From a virus (Duplodnaviria; Caudoviricetes), in the IMG/VR virus record IMGVR_UViG_3300039000_000007, positions 1 through 53,629 of that record: a stretch of DNA of 53,629 bases; one strand, given 5' to 3'. The translations under genes were made by a program, and so were the position numbers. How positions within the stretch are numbered: the first letter of the stretch is position 1; every line of letters starts with the position of its first letter. This document shows, piece by piece, positions 19,184 to 29,081 of the stretch. A model generated the notes under the pieces. It was not told the DNA's origin. It made no database searches and worked only from the letters and a program-made list of their open reading frames with translations.

Positions 19184-22100
19184 CTAGCCGACCACAGGCA
19201 TGGTAGCAGATGTGGTGCTAGAGGATGCACCAGAGCTGCGGATAAAATCTTCAATAGGTACGCCATTAATCTGTAGAACACCGCGATCCTTGAGACCCTT
19301 AATTACTTCCAAACGGGTTCCAGAGTCCATGTTGACGTACATCCAGTCACTCACGGGCACCGAGTCCTTCGGAAGGGCCTCATGGACGCCACCATTATAT
19401 GTTGACCCCCCTGTCACACTGTCAAGAAGATTGTATGGGCTACTGGATGTCCCATCCCCCTTTTTACCGTAACTATCACTTTTATTAGCCCACCAGTCTG
19501 TGCGGCGGAAGATAGCCTTAGGGTTGATCACTACAGAGGAGCCATGACCACTAGTAGGGAGACTAGACTTCGGTGTCATGTAAATGTAATCCGAAGACCC
19601 ATAAGAATGGTCGGAGATGGATGACATACCCTGACCACCAATACCCTCACTCCATCGGTGGAAGGTGGAGAGTAGGCCGTTATTCGGCCCAACCAACATG
19701 TTGAGCCATGTATCAGCCCCGTAACCGCTCACATTGTGTACAAAACTCTTAACACCATATTTGTCCGTCAAAGCCTGTGCCTTATCGTCCTTGAGGAAGA
19801 AACGCACACGGCCATTAGCTTCAGAGGAGAAGATCATATCATCCGGTGTGACACCATACTTCTCTTCAATTTGCTTGAGCTGGTTAGACCGGGAAACCCC
19901 AGAGAGGTTGACATTTCCATCATAAATTTTAGCATTTACAGTACTCTTACCCATCATGGAGAGGAGCTGGTTCTCTGCAAGGACTCGGATATCCCCCTCG
20001 GTCGATGGCTTAGCATTTACCCCCATGTTCTCAAGAACCTTCTGGTAATCTTCGGGGGTCGAGTTCTCAGGTAAGTGTATACGCACTGTATTGTTGTTTG
20101 CACTAACATTCATGCCCTGCTCCATTGAACGCTGGAATTCAATTGTCGCACCCGTGGAAGGGTCCGTCCAACTGTAGCGGGTTCCTTGGTGCACCCAACC
20201 ACCTGTTGGCGGTTGTCCCTCATCCTTCAATAAGCCTGTAGCAGTATCAATGACTAGGTGGTTGGAGAATATACCGCTGGTCTTGGAGACTCCGGCCTGA
20301 TCCTTCAGCGTCTTTTCAAAGGCCGCACCGTACGGCCCAGTAAGCTTCATTTTCACCTGAATGACGGGTTTACCGCTGGTGTTGATGATCTTCATCACAT
20401 TTGCATCAAGGGCCTCAACCTGATCGGAGTCCGTGGCAATAGAGAGACCCTTAGTCCCGAGCTGGTTATCTTTCTTGATAGAGTCGAAAACCGACTGAGC
20501 ACTGAAGGTTCCGGCGTGCGCCTTGGTCCAGTCAGCAGGTCCGCCAGTGAAGTTTTCTGTAGAGGTGTCAGGCAGCTGTATGGCACTCATTGCCTTGTCA
20601 TTCGGGTTAGCTGCCACCCATTGGTCCAGCTTTTGATTGAATGCCTGCTTTTGTGCGTCATACTTAGCTATGTGCGCAGCCTTTGCAGCATCATACTGCT
20701 TCTTGGCCTCAGCTAGTTTAGCATTGTGGGCATCAAGCAAAGGCTTATTCTTATATTCTTGCTTGACGATACCTTGGATCGCTTCATTCTTTAGTTCTTC
20801 ATCAAGATACTTTGACTGTAGTAGGGTATCAAGGTGTATTTCATCACCGTTGAGTACGGTTTGGATCTTACTCCAGTTCTTACTCTCCTCTAATGTAGCG
20901 GCTACCTTATGAGGATTATCTGCATATCGTTGCTTGACCTTCGCAAGCCACCCAGCGGAATCCCACTTAGGCAGCTCTGCTATGGCCTCTGCATTAAATG
21001 CTGGGTAGGCCTCTGGTGCTGTCGGAGGCTGTGGCTCAGGGGTGCCGTGAAGAGGGTTAGACACATCTGCTGCATGAGTCGGGGCGAGAGTCAGGCCTGA
21101 AGACAGGTGGGAATCACTAGTTGTCGCAGGCATCGAAAGGCCTTGGTCATCATAAGCTGTACTGCTAGCACCAGCAAAATTCAGGGTATCGGCACCACCC
21201 GCATGGTTTTCAGAGTTGGGGGTAGTACCTAGATCCGGTGTAGCTGGTGGCTGGTATGCCGGAGCGTCTTTGTGACCATATGAGGGGGTTTTAATGAGCT
21301 GGGACGCAGCCTTGTACTTAGCCTTGCTTTCTCCATCGAGCTTTACACCTACAAGGCCTGTGTCAGTGATCGATGTGATCTTACCAGTGGTGCCTTTATA
21401 ATCAACCTTGTCACCCTCATAGGTGATCTCACCCGACTTGGAATAAAAGAATTTGGATCCAGACGTAGGTACCCCGAAGGTGGCCGTAGTATTCTCAGCC
21501 TTGATATTATCGGAAGTATATGTACCCTTCTCCTGCCCATACTTAAAGAGTTTCCATGTCCCGTCTGATTGCTTGATGTAGTAGAATGCCGAGGATCCGT
21601 AGGCCGATTCCTTCTTCATAGACGTACCAGCAGGCTGTGCGTCAAGGAGCTCCTTGGAGATCTGGTGCCCATTGGATACCCCGGTAAGGACAGAGGCTCC
21701 CGTCTCCTGCGGCGGTGCAGGTACAGATGGGCCTGACACAGTGTACTTATCCGTCAGTGATGAAGGGACACTTTCGAATTTTGAGTCTTCTTGGATCTGC
21801 GGATCCAGTGCCCCGTTGGCTTTCGAGACTTTCTGCCAAGCGTTTGGTGCCGTCTTCTTATATACGTGCTCCCCGTTGTGGAGCTCCGTGCCGACGGGCA
21901 GTGTACTGGTACCACCACTGGTCATCACGTCGGTCAGGGTCTTGCCTATGTGATCACTCGGAGTGTCGGCAGTGTTTGGTGTGTGGGGGCCAGCCGGTAC
22001 TGCCTGATCACCGATCTTGCCGAGGACGTAGGGATCAAGGGCGTGATCCTCCAGAGAGGTGAAGTCTTTATCCGTGTACTGCGTAAGGGCCGGAACACCA

Positions 22101-25100
22101 GTCGCGAGGTAGACCCGGTTCCACGTGTTGTTTGCTATTTTCCTATAGGCAAACGAGTCGTCTAGCTTGCTATGGATCTCGGACCCTATCGGGAGAGAGT
22201 TGAATTCGTTGGCGTGCATGACGTCGAGGAGCGGTTTTCCGACTAGTGATGTACCTGTAGCGGCAGCAGGCTCCTCGACTTTCGGGGCGTGGACAGTGTG
22301 CTCGGACGCAGCTGACTCCAAGTTCTCACCCAGCTGTTTGGAGCTGAACTTCGAGAACATATTATTGCCAGAGGTCTGTTTGTATGCCTGCCAGTCGCCA
22401 TTCTCTAGTTTCCTGAAGGCGTGGCTGTGGTTATCGGACGTAATCGTCGTACCTACGGGAAGCTGATCGAGCGGTGTAGAGAGTTCGTTGAGCTTCTTAC
22501 CGTCGAATGATTCGGCAGACGGCGCGGACTCAGTAGCGTGGTCAGTAGGCAGCTGTACATGATAGGAGCTACCATCTGTGAGGGAGCTAGTGGGCAGACC
22601 GATATTCTGTCCAGACGGTCCCTTCTGATCCCAGAGGTCACCATTCTTGGTGAAGGTGAAGCCTTCAAGTGTGGGATCGGTAAGCACAGTTCCGTCTGGC
22701 AGCTTTAAGAGGTCGTGAGTAGACGGGTCATGGAGCATCGAAGAGTCAGCGACATCAGTATGCACCATCTCAGGGGCTTCAGCAGGTGTTTCAGGCAGGC
22801 TCATAGACTGGTAGAGGTCTGGAGAGTTCTGCAATACCCCATGCATTGTTTTGTCTGGGTTTGTGTGCCCGAAAGCCGGTTGACCTGTACTGACTTTCAT
22901 CATCTGCCATTGGTTTTCACCGACTTTCTTGTTATAGAAGAGAGAGTTAGCATTCTTATGTAGGACTGTTCCGACGGGAAGATTGGCGATATCCTCTTCT
23001 GTCAGGTGTGAGAGGGGTCCAGTAGCCGCTGCAGGGGTGTGTGTAGATGTTTCTGGTGATGCGGGGGCTGCAGGCACCTCTTGGGCAGGCTCGGGTGCGT
23101 GTACTGGCTGGGGCGCGACAGGGGTAGGTTCTTGTACTGGCTGCGGCGGCGTAGTATCTTTCACATTGGGTGTGTGGCTGGTACCTGACTCAAGGGTGCT
23201 GGCCTTCTTGGTAGACGTAGAGCCCTTGTCCCACTTGACACTGACAGTCTTCTCGCCCGCGTAGATGGCCTTGACGGTACCCTTGTCACCGCTGCTGTGT
23301 GTGACAGTATCTCCGATGTGGATCAGAGAGTCGTTGGTGCCAACGATGTATTTGGTGTGTGTGGTTGGGTCGATGCCGTGGTCCCCAACCTTGAGGTCAT
23401 CTGGGAGCGCGGCGATCTGAGGTGTATCGCCTTCAAGCTTGGTGACAGCCTTGGAGAGGTGGGTGGCTTTGGACCCGTCCGGGTAGACTACCTTGACTGA
23501 ATTTGTTGACGGCAGCCCGATGAAGACCTTTCCGACCCCCTTCTTAGGGTGGTGGATGAGGTCGTTGACCTTGATCGTCGCGCCGTTGGCGTCAATCTGG
23601 TCCTTGCCCTTGTCTGCGTAGGTCGCATTGAAGTCCGGGTGGTTATCGGAAGTGGTAGCGGGGGCTACTTGCCCTTGAGGCTCTTCTTCCGGCGATCCAG
23701 CAGGGCTTGGCTCTGTGCCAACATGGTCTTCGTTTCCTCCGGGCTGAAGACTTGAATCTGGTCCTCCGTCGTTATGAACCGGCTCACTGCCCGCTCCTGC
23801 GGCGTCCCCTGCTGGGGATCCGGCTGCGTCTGCTCCTGTGTCATTCTTTTCTCCTGTATCAAAGTTATGCTCATCGAGGATCGGAGTCAGTGTGATCTTC
23901 CAACCCTTTTGGTCTGCACCATTAGTATACTCTTCCTTGTGGGAAACTGCATATACAGTTCCATGTGGAAGAATTACTTCTGATTCATTCTCATACCCGT
24001 GGTGGTTCTGAAGACCGTTGTAGTCAAGCTTGTGGGCCTTGAAGCCTGCAGGCAGGTGAATTTCCATGAAGACCGGGGTACGGTCATCGGGGCTGTAGCC
24101 GATCCAGTCGTGGCCGATCTTAGGGTCAGTGGATGTCGAAGAGTATGCTGCATCACTATAGGACCCGTTGAGAAGGCTCTCTACAATCGAGTCACGGGCG
24201 CTGAGACCACGGTAGACGACTGTGTCACCCTTCAGAACACTCTTATCGAGGATCTGGTCCAGCGTTGCGATATCGAGATTGTGTCCCTCGGAGTCCCCGG
24301 ATCGGAGGGCCTTATTGATGTTATGGCTGCTGGCAATGAAGTCATTGGCAACATAGGCCTCTTGGTCATTATAACCGGGGAAGGCGCTGTGCGGGTCCGA
24401 TGGGTCGCTGTACCCGTAGGAGTGGGTGACCTCTTGGGCCAGTTCATCCTTGTCAGACTGGAGTAGCTTGTCGTAGAACGGTGTTCCGGGGCCTCCTTCG
24501 GACTCGCCAGCGGGGGCGTGAACCGGCGTAGCGGGGGCAGTCTTCTTGATGGACTCCGGGTCAAGCTTGAAGGAGGGGTTGTTGGCAAGGGTGGTGACCA
24601 CAGTGTGTGCCGGAACCTTGTTGCCATACATCGTGTCGTTGGGGTCGAAGGACATGTACCATAGTTCCCCCTTCTTGTAGTACCCACCCTTCACACCATT
24701 GGCGTCTGAGGAGAAGTGGGCACCGTTGGGCATACCGAAGAGGTCGAGAGCGTCGTAGGCTGGGTGGTCGTCTACAGCTGTTGGGGCAGCCTCTGCAGGG
24801 GTTTCCGGGGCTTTGGCAGTCTCTGGCTTGAGGGCATCAGCACGACTTACGATGTCGTCACGTCGGGCCTTCAGGCGCTCCTTGAGCATGTCTGAGGTGG
24901 TCTTGTCGAAACCAAGAGCGTCGACCTTGTCATCGATCTTCTTGTCATCAAAGGCAGCGACCTTGGTGGCGGAGTCGGCGAGCTGCTGGTCCGTCATCGA
25001 GCCGAAGAGGGCTGTGGACGTGGATCCCGGCTTGTTGCGTAGGGTGTTCCACTCGTCAGCCTTGTTGCCGAAGGCGTCGCCCTTGGGCGAGCCCTGTGCA

Positions 25101-26488
25101 CGGTACTGAAGAGCGCCGCCCGGGTCGATACGTACCGGGTTGCCGTGGCCGTCGGTGATGATGTTGTCGTAGACTGCCCCGGCTACGTCCCAGTTAGCCA
25201 ACCATACGTCAACAGCAAAGCCCTCTTGGATCTTATCCATATAGGTTTTGTCATTGAGATGGTGACTGAGGTCGGCCTTGGCACCATCGATCATGGGTGA
25301 TGCTGTGCCAAGATTGCCGTTCCCGACATCAGCAAGTCTCAGACCGGCAGCAGGGACACCCGCGTCGGCATAGAGCTGGTCAGCGAGAACTTCGGTACGC
25401 GCATGGTCATCACTCTGCGAGAGTTTGACGTACCACTGCTTGCCCTTCTCATCCGTATAGATCCCCCCGGGATTGGATCCCATCTGGGATCCGCCCTGCT
25501 TTGTCCACTTGGAGATGTCTATCGGTGCGTTAGCAGGCTCGACAGTCTTTTTATCGATATACTGGTGTTCGTCTACGAACTTCTCCGGCTTTGGCGTGTT
25601 GACCATATGGGCAGCCTCAGCGTCGGTGAGGCTGAATCCGTTTGACGTTTTCCACTGGTTGTCGCCGGTCTTGGTGAGCGTGATGTGACTGCTATCAACG
25701 CTGGCAACCTGCATCGTGGCACCTACTGGTGCGCTGGCCGCGTTGAACTTGTCTTCCGTGGTGTGGGTGCCCTTGACCTCATCCACCAGATTGTTTGACG
25801 TGCTGTGGCCTGTAGCGCTGGACTCTTGGCCATGGGCGTCAGTGATCGCCTTGTCGAGGTGGTCGTTCTTTTTGATAGCGTAGTGGGATGCTGACGGGAA
25901 GTGGTCTTTACCTTTGTGGTCGGTAATGACAGCGTACTTCGGCAGACCCGTATCCTTGTCCATGGCGATGGACTTGACCGTGCCGTGGCCATTGAACTTC
26001 TGGAAGTTGGCCTTGGAGGCTGGTTCTTTAGAGTTATACGGAGACTTCTGGATACTCGCAGGGGTGGTGGAGTTGTGGCTCTTGATCGGGTAGACCGTGT
26101 CACCGGGCTTGAGGTCACCAATCTTGGTGGTCAGCGGGGACCCATCCTTGGATCCGATCGCATAGTGTGTGACAGTGTGGGAGATAGTGACGCCAGCGTC
26201 ATGAATGTTGGGCGTGTGGGTGTGTCCACCGTGAGACTCCACATATGCCGGATCTAGGTGCGCCTTTTCTTGGATCGCTTCAACTTTATTGTGGGGCACG
26301 TTGATGTGGTAGGTCTGACCACCCTTGGAGAACTCGACAATAATGTTATTGCCACTTTGTCCACGGGCGATACCACTGACGTCGGCATCGTCCTCAAGTG
26401 AGTGCCACTTGACGTGGTCACCCATCTTGATGAACTTACCCTTTTTATCCCTAAGCTGGAGCTTTACTGCTGCGCTGCGATCAAACAT
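19184..26488 (-). CDS. Giant multidomain protein: PI3/4-kinase/HipA-like kinase, VIP2-like ADP-ribosyltransferase, repeats, and a C-terminal ART-like domain
   Basis: 2434 aa directly after the portal. Kinase-like motifs GSNPGG..WYVK..EVLA..DVWLANWD..RIDPG; ART motifs VYRG..YSSTS..ENESEVIL. Confidence 0.8.
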   Translation of the reverse strand: MFDRSAAVKLQLRDKKGKFIKMGDHVKWHSLEDDADVSGIARGQSGNNIIVEFSKGGQTYHINVPHNKVEAIQEKAHLDPAYVESHGGHTHTPNIHDAGVTISHTVTHYAIGSKDGSPLTTKIGDLKPGDTVYPIKSHNSTTPASIQKSPYNSKEPASKANFQKFNGHGTVKSIAMDKDTGLPKYAVITDHKGKDHFPSASHYAIKKNDHLDKAITDAHGQESSATGHSTSNNLVDEVKGTHTTEDKFNAASAPVGATMQVASVDSSHITLTKTGDNQWKTSNGFSLTDAEAAHMVNTPKPEKFVDEHQYIDKKTVEPANAPIDISKWTKQGGSQMGSNPGGIYTDEKGKQWYVKLSQSDDHARTEVLADQLYADAGVPAAGLRLADVGNGNLGTASPMIDGAKADLSHHLNDKTYMDKIQEGFAVDVWLANWDVAGAVYDNIITDGHGNPVRIDPGGALQYRAQGSPKGDAFGNKADEWNTLRNKPGSTSTALFGSMTDQQLADSATKVAAFDDKKIDDKVDALGFDKTTSDMLKERLKARRDDIVSRADALKPETAKAPETPAEAAPTAVDDHPAYDALDLFGMPNGAHFSSDANGVKGGYYKKGELWYMSFDPNDTMYGNKVPAHTVVTTLANNPSFKLDPESIKKTAPATPVHAPAGESEGGPGTPFYDKLLQSDKDELAQEVTHSYGYSDPSDPHSAFPGYNDQEAYVANDFIASSHNINKALRSGDSEGHNLDIATLDQILDKSVLKGDTVVYRGLSARDSIVESLLNGSYSDAAYSSTSTDPKIGHDWIGYSPDDRTPVFMEIHLPAGFKAHKLDYNGLQNHHGYENESEVILPHGTVYAVSHKEEYTNGADQKGWKITLTPILDEHNFDTGEKNDTGADAAGSPAGDAAGAGSEPVHNDGGPDSSLQPGGNEDHVGTEPSPAGSPEEEPQGQVAPATTSDNHPDFNATYADKGKDQIDANGATIKVNDLIHHPKKGVGKVFIGLPSTNSVKVVYPDGSKATHLSKAVTKLEGDTPQIAALPDDLKVGDHGIDPTTHTKYIVGTNDSLIHIGDTVTHSSGDKGTVKAIYAGEKTVSVKWDKGSTSTKKASTLESGTSHTPNVKDTTPPQPVQEPTPVAPQPVHAPEPAQEVPAAPASPETSTHTPAAATGPLSHLTEEDIANLPVGTVLHKNANSLFYNKKVGENQWQMMKVSTGQPAFGHTNPDKTMHGVLQNSPDLYQSMSLPETPAEAPEMVHTDVADSSMLHDPSTHDLLKLPDGTVLTDPTLEGFTFTKNGDLWDQKGPSGQNIGLPTSSLTDGSSYHVQLPTDHATESAPSAESFDGKKLNELSTPLDQLPVGTTITSDNHSHAFRKLENGDWQAYKQTSGNNMFSKFSSKQLGENLESAASEHTVHAPKVEEPAAATGTSLVGKPLLDVMHANEFNSLPIGSEIHSKLDDSFAYRKIANNTWNRVYLATGVPALTQYTDKDFTSLEDHALDPYVLGKIGDQAVPAGPHTPNTADTPSDHIGKTLTDVMTSGGTSTLPVGTELHNGEHVYKKTAPNAWQKVSKANGALDPQIQEDSKFESVPSSLTDKYTVSGPSVPAPPQETGASVLTGVSNGHQISKELLDAQPAGTSMKKESAYGSSAFYYIKQSDGTWKLFKYGQEKGTYTSDNIKAENTTATFGVPTSGSKFFYSKSGEITYEGDKVDYKGTTGKITSITDTGLVGVKLDGESKAKYKAASQLIKTPSYGHKDAPAYQPPATPDLGTTPNSENHAGGADTLNFAGASSTAYDDQGLSMPATTSDSHLSSGLTLAPTHAADVSNPLHGTPEPQPPTAPEAYPAFNAEAIAELPKWDSAGWLAKVKQRYADNPHKVAATLEESKNWSKIQTVLNGDEIHLDTLLQSKYLDEELKNEAIQGIVKQEYKNKPLLDAHNAKLAEAKKQYDAAKAAHIAKYDAQKQAFNQKLDQWVAANPNDKAMSAIQLPDTSTENFTGGPADWTKAHAGTFSAQSVFDSIKKDNQLGTKGLSIATDSDQVEALDANVMKIINTSGKPVIQVKMKLTGPYGAAFEKTLKDQAGVSKTSGIFSNHLVIDTATGLLKDEGQPPTGGWVHQGTRYSWTDPSTGATIEFQRSMEQGMNVSANNNTVRIHLPENSTPEDYQKVLENMGVNAKPSTEGDIRVLAENQLLSMMGKSTVNAKIYDGNVNLSGVSRSNQLKQIEEKYGVTPDDMIFSSEANGRVRFFLKDDKAQALTDKYGVKSFVHNVSGYGADTWLNMLVGPNNGLLSTFHRWSEGIGGQGMSSISDHSYGSSDYIYMTPKSSLPTSGHGSSVVINPKAIFRRTDWWANKSDSYGKKGDGTSSSPYNLLDSVTGGSTYNGGVHEALPKDSVPVSDWMYVNMDSGTRLEVIKGLKDRGVLQINGVPIEDFIRSSGASSSTTSATMPVVG

Positions 26489-26491
26489 ATT

Positions 26492-28165
26492 TTACGGCTC
26501 CAGTAGCGTGGAAGGGGGCGGTGTACTAGTGTCTATTGTATCAGAAGCGGGGTCTGTAGATGCTGCCGGTGCGTCTGGAACCGGTGGTGTATCACCACTT
26601 AGGGCATCATTTAGTGCGGCTGCGGAGCTTGGGTCGGACTGCTGCAGCTGTTCCTTGCGGAGATCCGCCATCAGGTCCGGGATCAGGGTGGAGATCAGCT
26701 TCTCGGCCAGCGGCTCGGAAATAAGTCCCTTGGCCACTGCAAGACGCTGTGCGATCTCAAGCTGGGTTGGGGCGTCAGAGATGGAGAATCCGTGTGCACG
26801 ACGCCAAGCATCCGCAGAGATGATCTGCTTATCAAACCCAAGTGTGGCGGATTCAGACTTGGAAGGCTTGGATGTGACAGCCGACGGATCGTACCAGATG
26901 ACGGTACGCATGATGTGCTCTTCGGGGAACCCCAAAGCACGCAGTGCGGGGCGGAGGAAGGCAACGGTGAGCATATCGCAGACCATCAAGACCATCGGCT
27001 CGATGTGGGAGGAGTACATCGTCTCCTCAACAATCTTGGCGTTGGCACCCTTGAGGTTGGCCATACCGCCGACAATTTCCTTGGGCAGGTCAATGCCTGA
27101 AATGATGCGACCCAGAACGGTGTCCATGTGCTTGGCAAGCTGTGGATCCCATGCACGTGCAAAACTGATGTGAAGCATCTTCGCACCGAGCTCTTCCGGG
27201 CCACGGACAAGTAGTGGTACGACGGCGGAGGCGCTGGAGGGGTCCGAAATCGGGGTGACCATGGCATCGATGAACTGCTCTTCGAAGTCGTCCTGATCAT
27301 CCGAGGAGACCGCGTTGGGGTCATCCGGGTCTGTCATGGCTGCATCTGAGCCAGCTGCGTAGGATAGACCGTCCGGTACGAAGAAGACGCCAGAACTAAG
27401 ACGGGACTTCGCTGCAGCGGAAGCTGTGCGGCTCAGAAGGAGTAGTTCATCACAAAGATCAAGAACGCCCTTGACTGAGGACTCAGCCTCGTCCGAGAAT
27501 CGTGGGTGCGGACGCCAAAGGCGTGCAATATATCCGTTCTCAGGGATCTCAATGTATTCGTCAATGGTGGCATCGCGGGATGGCTTGATTGACCAGCCAC
27601 TCTTTGAAGGCGCGTTGCCACGGCCCTTCTTTCGTAGTGAGGGGGTAGCAACGATCTCATCGATCGAGCGGATCTGGTACTTTTCAGGTTCACCGGTAGT
27701 CCATTTGGAAGGTTCCCGGACAAGGTAGCATTCACCTGTTACAAAGAGGTTGAGGGCTGCATTGCGGAGTAGCCCTGCACTGCCACCATTCCCCGTCTCC
27801 AGTAGGTAAAGCATTGACGCTGCTTTTTCCTTATACTCCGCATCAAGGTGGTCAATCACACCCACACGGGCGGGGACTTGGGAGGAGTCTGCAATATATG
27901 CTGCATAAATATTCACACGTGAGATTACGTTTGCAAGGATGGTGGCAGCAAACTTAAGTTCACCGATGAGGTCATAGTACTCCCATGCATCGGTCTGCCA
28001 CCGTCCTACCAAACGGCGTCGTGCTACTGATTCGAGCTCCTTGGTGCTCTTAAGATCCACTCGCGCAGCACTGGCTACCAGTGCTCGGGGGGAGTTATAG
28101 GGTACTGCACCAAAAGGAACGTTCTCTTCAGGCGAAGGCTCGCTTGCACGTGTGAAAAAGGGCAT
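26492..28165 (-). CDS. Portal protein
   Basis: 557 aa; WQTDAWEYYDLIGELKFA, NLFVTGECYL, RLWRPHP, SASAVVP, IDLPKEIV.G. Confidence 0.85.
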   Translation of the reverse strand: MPFFTRASEPSPEENVPFGAVPYNSPRALVASAARVDLKSTKELESVARRRLVGRWQTDAWEYYDLIGELKFAATILANVISRVNIYAAYIADSSQVPARVGVIDHLDAEYKEKAASMLYLLETGNGGSAGLLRNAALNLFVTGECYLVREPSKWTTGEPEKYQIRSIDEIVATPSLRKKGRGNAPSKSGWSIKPSRDATIDEYIEIPENGYIARLWRPHPRFSDEAESSVKGVLDLCDELLLLSRTASAAAKSRLSSGVFFVPDGLSYAAGSDAAMTDPDDPNAVSSDDQDDFEEQFIDAMVTPISDPSSASAVVPLLVRGPEELGAKMLHISFARAWDPQLAKHMDTVLGRIISGIDLPKEIVGGMANLKGANAKIVEETMYSSHIEPMVLMVCDMLTVAFLRPALRALGFPEEHIMRTVIWYDPSAVTSKPSKSESATLGFDKQIISADAWRRAHGFSISDAPTQLEIAQRLAVAKGLISEPLAEKLISTLIPDLMADLRKEQLQQSDPSSAAALNDALSGDTPPVPDAPAASTDPASDTIDTSTPPPSTLLEP

Positions 28166-28212
28166 TGTCTACTCCGCTATCAGAAAAAACGTCTGTAGAC
28201 AAGTTTATCACT

Positions 28213-28563
28213 CTATATACCCTTAATTGCGGCGATGCCCGTCACAGCGGAGGCTGCGAGGATGGATGACAGGTATGTTGCTAGTGTGGGGTTGATTTGT
28301 CGTAGTGTAAAGATAAATGCAGCCGCCCAAATGGAAACGCACCATGGGCAGTTGATAAAATACACCAATTTATGTTTTCTTTTCAGCCCGGTGTACTTGT
28401 CAAGGACGGCTGGAAAGTGTTGTTGCACTAGTTTACGCAGATCCTCGGTGAGGTAGTCCTCGGTAACCAGCTTGGTCAGCCGGTAAACGGCTGCTGTATC
28501 CACCAACAGGGTGGTCAGGGTGTTAGGAGACATGGGTAGGGTTCTGGGCCTTCTGAAGGGCAT
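28213..28563 (-). CDS. DUF1360-like membrane protein
   Basis: YRLTKLVTED..TE.LR and CPWCVSIW motifs; the start is probably at 28533. Confidence 0.7.
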   Translation of the reverse strand: MPFRRPRTLPMSPNTLTTLLVDTAAVYRLTKLVTEDYLTEDLRKLVQQHFPAVLDKYTGLKRKHKLVYFINCPWCVSIWAAAFIFTLRQINPTLATYLSSILAASAVTGIAAIKGI

Positions 28564-28732
28564 TCTGGACGTGTCTCATGCACATCGAATACCCGCCGTA
28601 GTAGTAGATGATCTCCTGTGGGGCGTGGGTACCCTCCAACAGGCAGTTCACGCAGCCTACCTGTGTTGTTTCTCCGGGCTTGTTGACATCAAGATCGATT
28701 GCGTAATTAGCATTGGGTATCGGGCTGGGCAT
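28523..28732 (-). CDS. Small Cys/His (Zn-finger-like) protein
   Basis: MPSPIPNA...CVNC...SMCMRH; ATG at 28732 fits the gene packing. Confidence 0.55.
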   Translation of the reverse strand: MPSPIPNANYAIDLDVNKPGETTQVGCVNCLLEGTHAPQEIIYYYGGYSMCMRHVQNALQKAQNPTHVS

Positions 28733-28739
28733 ACTATTC

Positions 28740-29081
28740 CTAGTCGGTGGGTCGGATGTAGACTGCATCCGGGAAGAGGTAGATGCCACGGAGGCTTGCA
28801 CCACAGCCACAGTTCGGTGCACGTTTGATGTAGTAGGTCTCGAACTCTGTCTCGACCGTATAGCCTGTCTTGTTCGTTCCCGAGAAGCTGACCAAGGGTT
28901 CCTTGATAAGCATCTCCGGGCCATCGGGGGTGTCCTCGATGACATAGAGATAGTTGTCGGTGGCGGCAACCCGGAACTCCTCGCCCAGAAGGGCTGCGTC
29001 CGTGACGAAGTTCACAACGCTGACGGAGGCGGGGAACAGGTCCAGATAGAGCAGGCTGGCGGGCTCAAGGTCCAGACTCAA
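28740..29081 (-). CDS. Hypothetical protein with CGCG motif
   Basis: 113 aa, 4-nt overlap with the upstream gene. Confidence 0.65.
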   Translation of the reverse strand: MSLDLEPASLLYLDLFPASVSVVNFVTDAALLGEEFRVAATDNYLYVIEDTPDGPEMLIKEPLVSFSGTNKTGYTVETEFETYYIKRAPNCGCGASLRGIYLFPDAVYIRPTD

